Notes: generated by a model not told the origin, from the sequence alone. Positions 24,586 through 34,682 are shown, counted from the stretch's first letter. The stretch: 36,137 nt of DNA from an uncultured bacterium (GCA_963696395.1 CAVOJZ010000001.1:1-36137), one strand, 5' to 3'. Numbers and translations are program-made.

Positions 24586-25020
24586 ATGGATAGGGTGCGT
24601 ACGATTTTCCTGGCGTTAAATTTTGTTTTGGGCATTTTCGTTTTAGCGCCAGCTCTTTGTCAAACCGTAAAACTGGGACGAACCCGGCGGAAAAATTTGA
24701 CGGCGGCATCTCTTCGATCGCATATTTTTTGGGTTAACATGATCGCCTACACCGTCATCGCAAGCGCGCTCTCCGTTGAATTCGTGAAAAGAGTTCTGCA
24801 TTACAGTCTTCAGACTCAATCCGCGATTCATATTGCGCACATTCACGTTGTGTTCTTCGTTCTGCCGTTTATGTTTCTGTATATCGCTGGAAAATTCTGG
24901 ATAACCGGAATACGCTTTCCTCGCGCGCACAAATGGATAGCTTACTTCTGCTTTGTTTTTGGACTCGGCACGGTAGCCATGGGCGAATGGCTCAATTTTC
25001 TTCTTGCCGCCGGACAATAA
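24586..25020 (+). CDS. Four-TM membrane protein, DUF420-like
   Basis: Four hydrophobic helices with His at helix starts (LRSHIFW, HIAHIHVV, PRAHKWIA). Start placed at ATG 24586. Confidence 0.6.
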   Translation: MDRVRTIFLALNFVLGIFVLAPALCQTVKLGRTRRKNLTAASLRSHIFWVNMIAYTVIASALSVEFVKRVLHYSLQTQSAIHIAHIHVVFFVLPFMFLYIAGKFWITGIRFPRAHKWIAYFCFVFGLGTVAMGEWLNFLLAAGQ

Positions 25021-25034
25021 GTCCGGCGGTTTTT
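25007..25034 (+). terminator. Intrinsic terminator between convergent genes
   Basis: Perfect 9-bp stem CCGCCGGAC/GTCCGGCGG with the TAA stop in the loop, then T5. Confidence 0.8.
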
Positions 25035-25781
25035 CTATGCCTGTATCTTGGAGAAGAAATAGCTACCGAGCCCCGCCAGGATAACAGCAATAACAAATAA
25101 AACACTGAAGTCGGTCACCAAACTGAACGTTCCGAGATTAACAAGGAGGATGCGGAATGAATCAATGCCGTAGGTCAAAGGGTCGAACTTGGTTATGACG
25201 GAAAGAATCGCGGGCAATCCCGTGAGCGGAAAAAGCGATCCTGAAAGGAAAAAAAGTGGCATGACAAGGAAATTCATAATGAGCTGGAATCCCTGCATAT
25301 CCTCGAGAAGGGATCCGATCATGTTTCCGAGTGCGGTAAAAAGGAAAGCCACGAGGAGCATGAAAAGGATGAATACGGGGAAGAGCGCCCAACTGTATGG
25401 CCGGAAGCCAAAAATAAGCGCAAGGAGAAATACGATAAGCCCCTGCAGGGTGGCTACGGTTGCGCCACCGAGCGTGCGGCCAATCATTATATTAAATCGC
25501 GACACGGGAGCAACGAGGGTTTCTTTTAAAAAGCCGAATTGGCGATCCCAGATGAGTTCGATGCCGGTGAAGACCGCAGTGAAGATAATGCTCATACCAA
25601 TGACGCCCGGTGCCAAAAACTGAAAATAATTCCCCTGCCCCGCTTTTTGAAACACCGCTCCAAGCCCATAGCCAAGCGCAAGCAAGAAAAGCAGCGGCTG
25701 CCCCAGCGATCCGATCATTCGCGACCTGGAGCGGAAGTATCGCTTAATCGCTCTTAGCCAGAGAATATAAATAGTTTTCAT
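25035..25781 (-). CDS. ABC-2 type exporter permease (DrrB-like)
   Basis: From ATG 25781 (MKTIYILWLR): GQPLLF, FLAPGVIGM, DRQFGFLKETLVAPVSR, FFLSGSLFP and PLTYGID. Confidence 0.92.
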   Translation of the reverse strand: MKTIYILWLRAIKRYFRSRSRMIGSLGQPLLFLLALGYGLGAVFQKAGQGNYFQFLAPGVIGMSIIFTAVFTGIELIWDRQFGFLKETLVAPVSRFNIMIGRTLGGATVATLQGLIVFLLALIFGFRPYSWALFPVFILFMLLVAFLFTALGNMIGSLLEDMQGFQLIMNFLVMPLFFLSGSLFPLTGLPAILSVITKFDPLTYGIDSFRILLVNLGTFSLVTDFSVLFVIAVILAGLGSYFFSKIQA

Positions 25782-25791
25782 CGGTTGAAAT

Positions 25792-26595
25792 TTAACGTTT
25801 GCCGCCCCGGAACATGCGACCCATGTTCCGCATCCGATCGGTTGAGCTCGCATCTTCATCCCTGATTTGTTTGCCGGTCAATTCAAGGAATGCGTCTTCA
25901 AGCGTTTGTTTGCTGGTTTGTTTTTTAAGGTCGTCGGAAGATCCCATGGCGATAATGTTTCCGTGATCGATCACAGCGATACGTTGTGCAATTTTGTCGG
26001 CCTCTTCCATATAATGCGTCGTAAAAAATACCGTGATCCCTTCTGTCTTGTTGAGTTCCCGGAGATAACTCCACATGTGGTTCCGAGTTTGTGGGTCAAG
26101 GCCCAGCGTCGGTTCGTCAAGGAATATAACTTTCGGGTGATGCAGGAGGCCTCGCGCAATCTCAAGGCGGCGGCGCATGCCGCCCGAGAATTCTTTCACC
26201 AGGCTATCTTTGCGATCGAATAAATCGACAAACTTTAATAGTTGATCGATGCGTTCACGGCGAAGCGGTTTTGGCACGCCGTAAAGGACGCCGTGGAATT
26301 CCATGTTTTCCCACGCCGTCAATTCGTCATCCAAACTTGGATCCTGGAACACGATTCCGAAGGATTTTCGAACAGCGCTCGCGTCATTAGCCGGATTGTG
26401 ACCATTCAGTGTTATCGTTCCCGTCGTGGGACTCAAGAGCGTCGTAAGCATCTTGATCGTCGTTGATTTCCCGGCTCCGTTTGGCCCAAGAAACGCAAAA
26501 ATCTCACCAGCCTTAACATCGAATGAGATGTCGTTTACAGCCGTGAAATCGCCAAACTTTTTCGTCAGATGGGATACTTGTATTATCGGCTCCAT
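25792..26595 (-). CDS. ABC exporter ATP-binding protein (DrrA-like)
   Basis: Walker A GPNGAGKST, signature FSGGMRRR, Walker B IFLDEPT and H-loop TTHYMEEA. Confidence 0.94.
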   Translation of the reverse strand: MEPIIQVSHLTKKFGDFTAVNDISFDVKAGEIFAFLGPNGAGKSTTIKMLTTLLSPTTGTITLNGHNPANDASAVRKSFGIVFQDPSLDDELTAWENMEFHGVLYGVPKPLRRERIDQLLKFVDLFDRKDSLVKEFSGGMRRRLEIARGLLHHPKVIFLDEPTLGLDPQTRNHMWSYLRELNKTEGITVFFTTHYMEEADKIAQRIAVIDHGNIIAMGSSDDLKKQTSKQTLEDAFLELTGKQIRDEDASSTDRMRNMGRMFRGGKR

Positions 26596-26676
26596 AGCGT
26601 ATACTTAATTTAGAATATAAAATATTAACCAACTTAACTATTTTACCGGCCGCGCCCCTGTTTTGCAAGAATGCGC

Positions 26677-26685
26677 TGTGGATAA
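26677..26685. promoter_or_regulatory. Perfect DnaA-box consensus in the divergent promoter region
   Basis: TGTGGATAA is the reverse complement of TTATCCACA. It is a single copy, so function is unproven. Confidence 0.35.
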
Positions 26686-26746
26686 CAAGAAAGGCGCGTG
26701 ATCCGTTGTATAATGATACGGACGTCGATAAGCAAGTATTACCATC

Positions 26747-28285
26747 ATGAAAAAGAATAGAACACTAATTATCGTCGGAGTTGTCATTGTCGCTTTACTC
26801 GCAATTTATTATTTCGGCTTCCGGACGCGCGGAACCACCTATCAGTTTACAACTGTCACACAAGGATCCATCACTGAAATTGTGAGCGTGACAGGAAATA
26901 CAACTCCGGTAACGAGCCTTGACCTTGCATTCGAAAATGGCGGGACGGTAGCGGCTGTCGATAAGAACGTCGGCGATCATGTGTCTCCCGGTGACGTTAT
27001 AGCAACGCTTGATACGAGCGATCTTCGTGCTCAGCTCGCCCAGGCTCAGGCAAATGTTGACGCACAGAATGCCCAACTCGCCTCATTGGAGGCCGGCGCC
27101 CAACCGGAAGATATCCAGGCTTCAGAAGCTGCGCTTTCCGGTGGTGAGCAGTCGCTTGCAAACATGTACGGCAGTGCAAGTAACGTCATTTCCGATGCCT
27201 ATGCGTCCGCAAATGATGCAGTGAGGACTCAACTCCAGGCCTTCTTTTTAAATCCCGAAACAAACAACCCGCAACTTACATTTGGTGTGAGCGATTCGCA
27301 GACGCTCATCAACGTAAACAATGGTCGGCTCAATGCCAGTGCGGAACTCAACGCCTGGCAAAATGAGTTACAGAATGCGACGCCATCATCCCCTTCCTCA
27401 ACACTCGATCTTTTTTTGTCGAATGCCCTCAATCATCTCGTCGTGATTAAAGCGTTTCTGACGCTAACTTCAAATGCCCTGCTAAAAGAGACCAATCTTT
27501 CTCCGGCAACCTTAGCCGCATACAACACGGCGGTTACGGCGGCAATCAATGAGACAAACACCGCAAATACCAACGTAACGACCGCGATGCAAAATATTGC
27601 TTCGCAAAAAATCACGATTCAACAATTGCAGGCTGAGCTAAACCTTAAACTTGCAGGATCAACTTCCCAACAAATTGCCCAGCAGCAGGCTTTGGTCGAA
27701 CAAGCCCAGGCGAGCGCGGAGAGCGTCCAGGTCAAGATTAATGAGGCCACCTTGATTTCCCCTATTTCCGGGGTTATCACCGTCCAGAACGCTAAAATCG
27801 GGCAAATAGCGACGCCTGGAACGGTTATGACATCGGTCATATCGGACGATAATCTTGAGGTTGACGCATATGTCCCGGAGACCGACATCGGTAAAGTTAG
27901 TGTTGGAAATCCGGTTTCGATGACATTCGATGCTTTTCCTGGAGAAAACTTCCCGGGTAAAATTTTCTATATCGATCCGGCCCAGACGATTCTCTCCGGT
28001 GTTGTTGACTATAAGGTGAAGGCATCGTTCGCCAATGCAGACCCCCGGATGAAGAGCGGGTTGACGGCAAATATGGATATCCAGACGAAGACGGATAGCA
28101 ATGTGTTGATTCTTCCGCAATATGCCATTCTCCAAAACGACCAGGGAAATTTTGTCGAGGTTCTTAAAAATGGAACTGTTGCGCAAGTTCCCGTTACACT
28201 TGGAATTACTGACGGTCAAGGAAACATTGAAGTTGCATCAGGCGTAACCGCCGGCGAACAAGTCGTGAATATCGGACTTAAGTAG
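26747..28285 (+). CDS. MacA/HlyD-like periplasmic adaptor subunit with long coiled coil
   Basis: N-terminal TM, lipoyl-like halves (LAFENGGTV...VGDHVSPGDVIA; LISPISGVIT), VPETDIGKVSVG and MKSGLTANMDI. Confidence 0.9.
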   Translation: MKKNRTLIIVGVVIVALLAIYYFGFRTRGTTYQFTTVTQGSITEIVSVTGNTTPVTSLDLAFENGGTVAAVDKNVGDHVSPGDVIATLDTSDLRAQLAQAQANVDAQNAQLASLEAGAQPEDIQASEAALSGGEQSLANMYGSASNVISDAYASANDAVRTQLQAFFLNPETNNPQLTFGVSDSQTLINVNNGRLNASAELNAWQNELQNATPSSPSSTLDLFLSNALNHLVVIKAFLTLTSNALLKETNLSPATLAAYNTAVTAAINETNTANTNVTTAMQNIASQKITIQQLQAELNLKLAGSTSQQIAQQQALVEQAQASAESVQVKINEATLISPISGVITVQNAKIGQIATPGTVMTSVISDDNLEVDAYVPETDIGKVSVGNPVSMTFDAFPGENFPGKIFYIDPAQTILSGVVDYKVKASFANADPRMKSGLTANMDIQTKTDSNVLILPQYAILQNDQGNFVEVLKNGTVAQVPVTLGITDGQGNIEVASGVTAGEQVVNIGLK

Positions 28286-28291
28286 CACTGC

Positions 28292-29002
28292 ATGATTGAA
28301 GTTAAAGACCTTAAAAAGGACTACACCGACGAAGAAAACATTACATCAGCGCTTCGGGGGGTTTCTTTTACCATCAACAAAGGCGACTTCGTTTCAATTA
28401 TCGGGCCGTCGGGTTCGGGAAAATCCACCTTGCTCCAGATTCTAAGTTTCCTCGATCGCCCAACGGGTGGAACTTACACCTTCCTCGGGAAAGGCATCGA
28501 CGAAATGTCCGATCTTGAACTCGCACATGCCCGCAATAAGCAAATGGGTTTCGTGTTCCAGGCATTCAATTTGCTTTCAAGGCTCACGGTTTACGAAAAT
28601 GTTGAAATTCCGCTTATCTATTCAACCATTCCGCCGTCTGAACGCAAAAAACGGATCGAGGATGCGGTTCGTTCGGTTGGTCTTGAGGAAAAATTATACG
28701 TCGAGACGGGCAAGCTCTCCGGCGGACAAAAACAGCGCATCGCCATAGCGAGAGCTTTGGTAAATGAACCTGATGTTATATTTGCGGACGAACCGACCGG
28801 AAACCTTGATTCAAAATCGGGCGCCCAGGTCATGGATATTTTGGATGGCCTGAATCAAAAGGGCCATACGGTTATTCTGGTAACGCACGAAACGTATACC
28901 GCAGAATTTGCGGATCGCATCATCGCCCTTCGCGACGGAGTTGTGGAGAGCGATTCTCCCGTAAAAAATCCGCGGCACTCAAAAGATCAATTCTTTAAAT
29001 AG
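28292..29002 (+). CDS. MacB/LolD-type ABC ATP-binding protein
   Basis: [44 protein letters not shown] and VTHE. Confidence 0.95.
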   Translation: MIEVKDLKKDYTDEENITSALRGVSFTINKGDFVSIIGPSGSGKSTLLQILSFLDRPTGGTYTFLGKGIDEMSDLELAHARNKQMGFVFQAFNLLSRLTVYENVEIPLIYSTIPPSERKKRIEDAVRSVGLEEKLYVETGKLSGGQKQRIAIARALVNEPDVIFADEPTGNLDSKSGAQVMDILDGLNQKGHTVILVTHETYTAEFADRIIALRDGVVESDSPVKNPRHSKDQFFK

Positions 29003-29006
29003 AAAG

Positions 29007-30251
29007 ATGAAACTTACTGATTCAATAAAATCCGCGCGGGCAACGCTAAAGCACGGCAAAACACGTTCGCTGCTTACCATGCTTGGCATTGTGATCGGGA
29101 TTGCTTCGGTCATCATTTTGATGTCCATTGGCCAATCGGCGCAGGATTTGATTTTAAATCAAGTCGAAGGCATCGGTTCAAACCTCATTTTCATAATTCC
29201 CGGCGGAACCAACGGCAAGTTCCAGTCGCCTGCCGCAGCCCAGGGTGTCATCATAAAAACATTGGTTCAGGCAGACGTTGACGCTTTATCGCGAGAACCT
29301 TCAATCAGCGGCGTCGCTCCGATCGTGAACGGTCAGACGAACGCGGTGTACGGAGATAACAACCTTACGATAACGTATCAGGGCGTCACGGCAAACTTTT
29401 TTTCCATCAGAAACTATACCGTTACGAATGGACTTCCTTTTACCGACCAGGACGTATCGGCCTACAATCACGTGACGGTTATCGGATCGGATCTCGCAAC
29501 AACGCTTTTTGGAAAAAACATCGACCCGATCAATAAGAGCATCCGCCTTGGCAACACCACATTTCGGGTGGTCGGCGTTTTGAAACCGATGGGCGTAGGA
29601 CCGGGCGGCATAAACCAGGATGACCTTGCACTTGTGCCTGTGACGGTGGCGCAAAATCAAATGCTCGGCATCAATTACTTCCAATATGTGCTCGTAGAAG
29701 CAAATCCTTCTTATAACACCTCGTTCGTCACTTCTCGAATCCAATCGGTTCTCGAACAAGACCACGAAATCACCAGTTCAACGAAAGATGACTTTACCAT
29801 TCAAACCCAGGCGGACATCCTTTCGTTGCTTGGCAACATCACTTCCATTCTGACTATTTTCCTCACGGCAATCGCCTCGATATCACTTATCGTGGGAGGC
29901 ATTGGCATTATGAACATCATGCTCGTCTCAGTGATCGAACGAACGCGCGAAATCGGGTTGCGAAAAGCAGTCGGAGCCACCGACCGCGACATTATGCAAC
30001 AATTTCTTGTTGAAGCTGTAATGCTTACGTTCATTGGAGGCATAATCGGAATTGCCCTCGGCGCCATTTTCGTAACACTTGTTTATCTTGTACTATCCAA
30101 TTTTTTTGCGATTGGCTGGGTTTTCGCCTTCCCGTTGTCTGCGGTTGTGATTGCCGTTATCGTCTCAAGTGTTACCGGAGTTGGCTTCGGTATATATCCG
30201 GCGCGGCAGGCTGCCCGAAAAAGCCCTATTGAGGCTTTGCGGTACGAGTAA
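29007..30251 (+). CDS. MacB-type (FtsX-family) ABC permease
   Basis: RSLLTMLGIVIGIASV, ISLIVGGIGIMNIMLVSVIERTREIGLRKAVGA and GIYPARQAARKSPIEALRYE. Confidence 0.95.
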   Translation: MKLTDSIKSARATLKHGKTRSLLTMLGIVIGIASVIILMSIGQSAQDLILNQVEGIGSNLIFIIPGGTNGKFQSPAAAQGVIIKTLVQADVDALSREPSISGVAPIVNGQTNAVYGDNNLTITYQGVTANFFSIRNYTVTNGLPFTDQDVSAYNHVTVIGSDLATTLFGKNIDPINKSIRLGNTTFRVVGVLKPMGVGPGGINQDDLALVPVTVAQNQMLGINYFQYVLVEANPSYNTSFVTSRIQSVLEQDHEITSSTKDDFTIQTQADILSLLGNITSILTIFLTAIASISLIVGGIGIMNIMLVSVIERTREIGLRKAVGATDRDIMQQFLVEAVMLTFIGGIIGIALGAIFVTLVYLVLSNFFAIGWVFAFPLSAVVIAVIVSSVTGVGFGIYPARQAARKSPIEALRYE

Positions 30252-30624
30252 CCCTTTTCTTCTTTTGTGCCGGCTTGCGGTGTTTTGCCTTAACCGCTTT
30301 TTTTGCGTGCAATTGGATTCGCTTCCATTCCGCCTTGAGTTCCCGACCGGTTTTGATAATATCGGCGACGCTTACATCTTCAATCGATCCATATTTTTTG
30401 AGCGTTTGATCGACGATTTTTTTATACTCCCCTTCTCCGAAATGCCGAGCGGTGGCCGCATGGCGTGCAATCTCCTGTCGTGCTTTCGCGATCCACGCTT
30501 TTGCCTTCGTCCGTTGCTGTTTCGTTGTTTTCTCCGAAAGCCAATAAGCCGCAGCGGCCGCGAGAGCGGCAGCCGTCACAACACCAGCACCAATTTCTGC
30601 GACATGCCTGTTTGATTTTTTCAT
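30226..30624 (-). CDS. Small basic protein with N-terminal Gly/Ala hydrophobic segment (YtxH-like, tentative)
   Basis: GAGVVTAAALAAAAAYWL followed by Lys-rich helices. It has a 26-nt convergent overlap with the permease 3' end. Confidence 0.65.
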   Translation of the reverse strand: MKKSNRHVAEIGAGVVTAAALAAAAAYWLSEKTTKQQRTKAKAWIAKARQEIARHAATARHFGEGEYKKIVDQTLKKYGSIEDVSVADIIKTGRELKAEWKRIQLHAKKAVKAKHRKPAQKKKRVTRTAKPQ

Positions 30625-30634
30625 AGTAGTTAGA

Positions 30635-30928
30635 TTATTTTTTAGTTTTATTATTTAATTTCGAACCGGAGCTTTTACGCTTCATAAAGCCGCGGAAGAA
30701 TGAAAACAACCGCTCGACCCGAAATCCATCGTCGCGCATCTCGCTTCTTAATTTATTGATGTCCCCGCGAAACAGTATGGCTTCTTCGCGAACCTGCTCC
30801 GTGATCGACTTTATATCGCTCAAAACCTTAGCAAGGTAAACGAGGACGATGGTTAGAGCGAGAGCTACAACTACTACCGCAACCGTCGTGACAAAGAAAA
30901 AAATATCCGCGTGCATTAATGTGTCCAT
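30635..30928 (-). CDS. Small single-TM protein with amphipathic helix (DUF948/YtxG-like, tentative)
   Basis: TM FFFVTTVAVVVVALALTIVLVYL then KVLSDIKSITEQV. TATAAT lies 8 nt upstream of ATG. Confidence 0.7.
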   Translation of the reverse strand: MDTLMHADIFFFVTTVAVVVVALALTIVLVYLAKVLSDIKSITEQVREEAILFRGDINKLRSEMRDDGFRVERLFSFFRGFMKRKSSGSKLNNKTKK

Positions 30929-30937
30929 GGACTTTCA

Positions 30938-32095
30938 TTATACCAGATGCAACCGGCCAAGAGCTTTTTGTTTTTCACCTCCACCCAACTTGGTTTTCTC
31001 CACCGCCCGGCCAAGGATTTTGATAGTCTCGTCATACGTCTTCGTGTCAACCATATAAGGGGTTCCGTCCTTCCCGCCGTGGGCATAACTATAGCGTGCA
31101 GGATCTTCGTAGGAAGGCTCGGCCCCGTAAATAACTTCGCCGACCAGAGCCAGGGCTCGAAGCGTTTTAGGACCGACTCCCTGAAGAGCGACCAATTCTT
31201 CATACGTTGCAGGCTTGTGTTCTGCTACGGTAGCAAGCACCTTTTCCAAATACTTACTCTTACTGAAATTTTCGTGCACCATGGGATGATACTTAAATTC
31301 CCGGGATTCAAGGTTAAGAAGGGTGAGTTGTTGTCCGGCGCCGTTTTTTACTGATATTGTCTGACTGAGGCGTGAGGAATATTTCCGCAAAAGCTGAATG
31401 TCTTTCATGAGTGTTGCATAGCCCGATTGGACGAGTTCGGTTGAGATCTGCCTCGTTTTTCCACTTTGTTTCGCCGTAAGATCAAGAACGGTTTTCATGA
31501 CCATCGGCGAACTTATTGCAGTATGCGGCTCATCGACCAAATCGTTGATGTCCTCCGAGTACCAATGGTAACGCCGGGCGGATTGTTTTTCGGCATTCAT
31601 GCCCTGTTGGACGACCGCCCACGAACCTTTCTTCGAAAAGAAAAATGCATGATGGTAGAGCTGAAATCCATCCTGCACAAGGGCACTATCAACCTTCGCG
31701 CTCATCTTCGAATTGTAAACAAGATTTTCCGCTCCTTGAGCCGAAAGAGATAATTTTTCACCCCAGCTTCTGATTTCATCCGGCGTCTTGCGCGAAGTCT
31801 TTCCTTTCCCACCACAAATGAAAATTCCCAGATCCTTTTCCTGGCCGCGAATTGCCTCTTTGAGCGCAGCTGTGAGGATCGTGGTGAGTCCGCTTGCATT
31901 CCAATCGAACGCAAGAACCGTGCCAAGCGATTGGAACCAGACCGGATCGGCGATCCGTTTTATAAATTCCTCCGGACCGTATTCGGCGACAAGCACCTGC
32001 GTCATCTCTCGCCCAAGCTTGACCATCCGCTCAAAAAGCCACGGAGGACAATGCCCGCCATCAAGCCGGAATAAGGCAACGCCGCGATGGATCAT
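30938..32095 (-). CDS. DUF763 family protein
   Basis: LDGGHCPPWLFERM, DPVWFQSLG.VLAFDWNASGLTT, SAKVDSALVQDGFQLYHH, WAVVQQGMN...ARRYHW, HhH-like LQGVGPKTLRAL and YSYAHGGKDG.PY. Confidence 0.88.
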   Translation of the reverse strand: MIHRGVALFRLDGGHCPPWLFERMVKLGREMTQVLVAEYGPEEFIKRIADPVWFQSLGTVLAFDWNASGLTTILTAALKEAIRGQEKDLGIFICGGKGKTSRKTPDEIRSWGEKLSLSAQGAENLVYNSKMSAKVDSALVQDGFQLYHHAFFFSKKGSWAVVQQGMNAEKQSARRYHWYSEDINDLVDEPHTAISSPMVMKTVLDLTAKQSGKTRQISTELVQSGYATLMKDIQLLRKYSSRLSQTISVKNGAGQQLTLLNLESREFKYHPMVHENFSKSKYLEKVLATVAEHKPATYEELVALQGVGPKTLRALALVGEVIYGAEPSYEDPARYSYAHGGKDGTPYMVDTKTYDETIKILGRAVEKTKLGGGEKQKALGRLHLV

Positions 32096-32121
32096 ACCTC
32101 CATTATACGCCTCGGAGTCGT

Positions 32122-33624
32122 CTATTCTTCCAAAAACCTCACGAGGAGCCGTACGGACGCACCCGCCGCACCTTTTGCAAGGTGATCACTTTCAATGGCC
32201 GTCATACGAGGAGCGATGTCCAGATGAACCCACGGATATGCCTGCCCACCTTTTTGATCTTTGGTGAATTGCCAAAGGAAAACAGCTCCGGTTATCGCTC
32301 CGCCACCGACGCCTCGCCGCACGCTGGTATTTGCCCAGTCACCGAATGTTCCGCGAATGTCGTCTTCATAGTCAGCGGTGAGCGGCAAAGGCCAGACCAG
32401 ATCCCCGGTCGCCTCGCCGATGGCACGGATTTGGTCCTCCAATTTTTTATTGGTTGTAAATAATGCTGTGTAGCGCAAGCCAAGCGCAACGATCGCCGCA
32501 CCGGTAAGCGTGGCAACATCAATGACAATTCTTGGATTGTATCGTTTTGCGTATTCAAGCGCGTCCGCCAAGATGACGCGCCCTTCGGCGTCGGTATTTA
32601 AAACTTCGATTGTTTTACCCGACATGGTGCGAAGCAAATCGCCCGGCCGATAACTTGATCCGGAAGGCATGTTCTCGACAGCCGGAATCAACGCGACGAC
32701 ATTTCTTTTCAGCTTCAGACGGGCTGCAGCCGCAATGGCATGAATCACCGCCGCACCTCCGGACATATCCATGTGCATTTCGTAAATGCTATCGCCCGGC
32801 TTTAAATTGAGGCCGCCGGTATCAAACGTCACGCCCTTGCCCGCGAGAACAACCGGCTTTTCGGTTTTCGATCCGTTTAGATATTCCATAATGATAAATC
32901 GCGGGGGCGTATCAGAGCCCTGGGCGACACCCAAAACCCCTCCCATTTTCAAAGCCCGTATTTTCTTTTCATCGAGGACACGTACCGCGATATGATTTTT
33001 TTGAGCAACCCTTTTTGCATGACGGGCAAGTAAATCCGGCGTCAAATCGCCGCCCGGTGTATTTGAAAGGTCTCGACAGGCGTTTGTTTCTTCGCCGATA
33101 ATTATTCCCCGCCGCAGACCCTCCAGGATGTCGTGATCGAGTTTATCCGCAACTGCTTCAATTTCTTTTAAAAACGAAAATCCATCCTCGGGTGGCGTTT
33201 TATATTTTACAAAGTCAAAATTGGCCATAACGAAATTGGCCGCCATAAGCTCATACATCGCAAGTGTAGCCGCCGGCGTTTCCATGGGCCCGACCCAACA
33301 GGCGAATCGGTCAAGTTTTTCTTTTCTGGCTGTCTGGACGGCAATCCGCATCGCAACAGAAATTTTCGCATTACTGAACTCTCGCTTCTTGCAGAGTCCG
33401 ACAAGGATGATTTTCCTGTTTTGTTTTTTTCGTGGCGTTGTAAAAACTTTTACTTCGCGCTCTTTAACGGTTAGCGACGAAGCGATCGCGCTCAGATACA
33501 GACCTTCTTCTTTATCAAGAAAACGCGCAAGCGGATTTGCCATCATCCGATCTTCCTCGAGCAGAAAAAAGACGAGGGGGCTGCCCTTTTTCGGAACCGA
33601 TGTATGAGAAATTTTTAATGCCAT
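32122..33624 (-). CDS. pepA: Leucyl aminopeptidase (M17)
   Basis: GKGVTFDTGG, MHMDMSGGA, NTDAEGRVILADAL, DVATLTGA and WVHLDIA. Start placed at ATG 33624 (MALKISH); the 33711 start overlaps rseP. Confidence 0.95.
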   Translation of the reverse strand: MALKISHTSVPKKGSPLVFFLLEEDRMMANPLARFLDKEEGLYLSAIASSLTVKEREVKVFTTPRKKQNRKIILVGLCKKREFSNAKISVAMRIAVQTARKEKLDRFACWVGPMETPAATLAMYELMAANFVMANFDFVKYKTPPEDGFSFLKEIEAVADKLDHDILEGLRRGIIIGEETNACRDLSNTPGGDLTPDLLARHAKRVAQKNHIAVRVLDEKKIRALKMGGVLGVAQGSDTPPRFIIMEYLNGSKTEKPVVLAGKGVTFDTGGLNLKPGDSIYEMHMDMSGGAAVIHAIAAAARLKLKRNVVALIPAVENMPSGSSYRPGDLLRTMSGKTIEVLNTDAEGRVILADALEYAKRYNPRIVIDVATLTGAAIVALGLRYTALFTTNKKLEDQIRAIGEATGDLVWPLPLTADYEDDIRGTFGDWANTSVRRGVGGGAITGAVFLWQFTKDQKGGQAYPWVHLDIAPRMTAIESDHLAKGAAGASVRLLVRFLEE

Positions 33625-33629
33625 GCGCG

Positions 33630-34682
33630 TTAAAACAATCCGTGCACGTCGCGAACGGTGATTAAGATCATGAGGACGATCAGGAACGCGAACCCAAGTC
33701 CGTTTATCCACGCCTCAACTTTTTCAGGTATGGCGGAGCCTTTTATCTTCTCGGCAAGGATCATGACGAACCGGCCGCCATCGAGTGCCGGAAATGGAAT
33801 GAGGTTGACGATGGAAAGATTGATCGAAATGACGCCGATAAGCTGCAAAAGGTACGCGAGCCCGATTTTTCCTGTTTCCTCCGCTACCCCGAAAATGCCG
33901 ACCGGTCCCACGACCCCGGCGGGAATCGAGGCATGAACAAATATTTGCTGAATAAGCTGACCGAACGCGAGCAGGGTAAGCCAAAAAATGATACCGGCAT
34001 CGAGCAAGCCGTCCCAGAGGGCAGAAAACGGATTTTCGCGCGTGGTTCCCCCGGCTTCAAGCGCAACGCCGATCGCCCCCTGGTCCGGTGATGGGTTCAC
34101 GCGCGGCGTGACAGTAAGGTCGACTTCTTTGCCGTTGCGCAAAACCGCTATCGAAATCGGGGTTCCTTCGTGAGTGTCAATGTAGTTCGTAAAACTTTGA
34201 TAATCTTTATAGTTCATGACGATGTCGCCGGACATAAAGCCGGCTTGCGCTGCCGGCGAACCGGATTCGGTGCTCGTTATAACAAGTGTTTGCGGCGAAC
34301 CAATCATGAGTACGACGGAAATACAAAGCCAACCAAGAATAAAATTCATGATTACGCCGGCCAAAACAATCAATGACTTCTTCCAGGTCGGTTGATTGAA
34401 AAAAAGGCGTTTCTTGTCCTCTTCGTTGACCGGAGCATCCATACTACCGTCCGCTACCGCAAATTCACCCCGTTCGCCCGATATTCTGACGAATCCGCCA
34501 AATGGAAGCCAGTTCAAGCTGTATTCCGTGTCTCCTTTTTTGCGCGCGAAAATCCTGGGCGGAAATCCAAACCCGAACTCATCAACTTTCAATCCAAATA
34601 ATTTTGCGACAAAAAAATGGCCGGCTTCGTGGCCGAGAATTAAAAGCGAAAGGCCGATGATCACTAAGATGGCGATAAGCAT
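33630..34682 (-). CDS. rseP: M50 site-2 protease RseP with PDZ domain
   Basis: HEAGH, LPFGGFVRI, AGVIMN, PDZ segment SPAAQAGF..GD.V and NLIPFPALDGG. Confidence 0.94.
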   Translation of the reverse strand: MLIAILVIIGLSLLILGHEAGHFFVAKLFGLKVDEFGFGFPPRIFARKKGDTEYSLNWLPFGGFVRISGERGEFAVADGSMDAPVNEEDKKRLFFNQPTWKKSLIVLAGVIMNFILGWLCISVVLMIGSPQTLVITSTESGSPAAQAGFMSGDIVMNYKDYQSFTNYIDTHEGTPISIAVLRNGKEVDLTVTPRVNPSPDQGAIGVALEAGGTTRENPFSALWDGLLDAGIIFWLTLLAFGQLIQQIFVHASIPAGVVGPVGIFGVAEETGKIGLAYLLQLIGVISINLSIVNLIPFPALDGGRFVMILAEKIKGSAIPEKVEAWINGLGFAFLIVLMILITVRDVHGLF

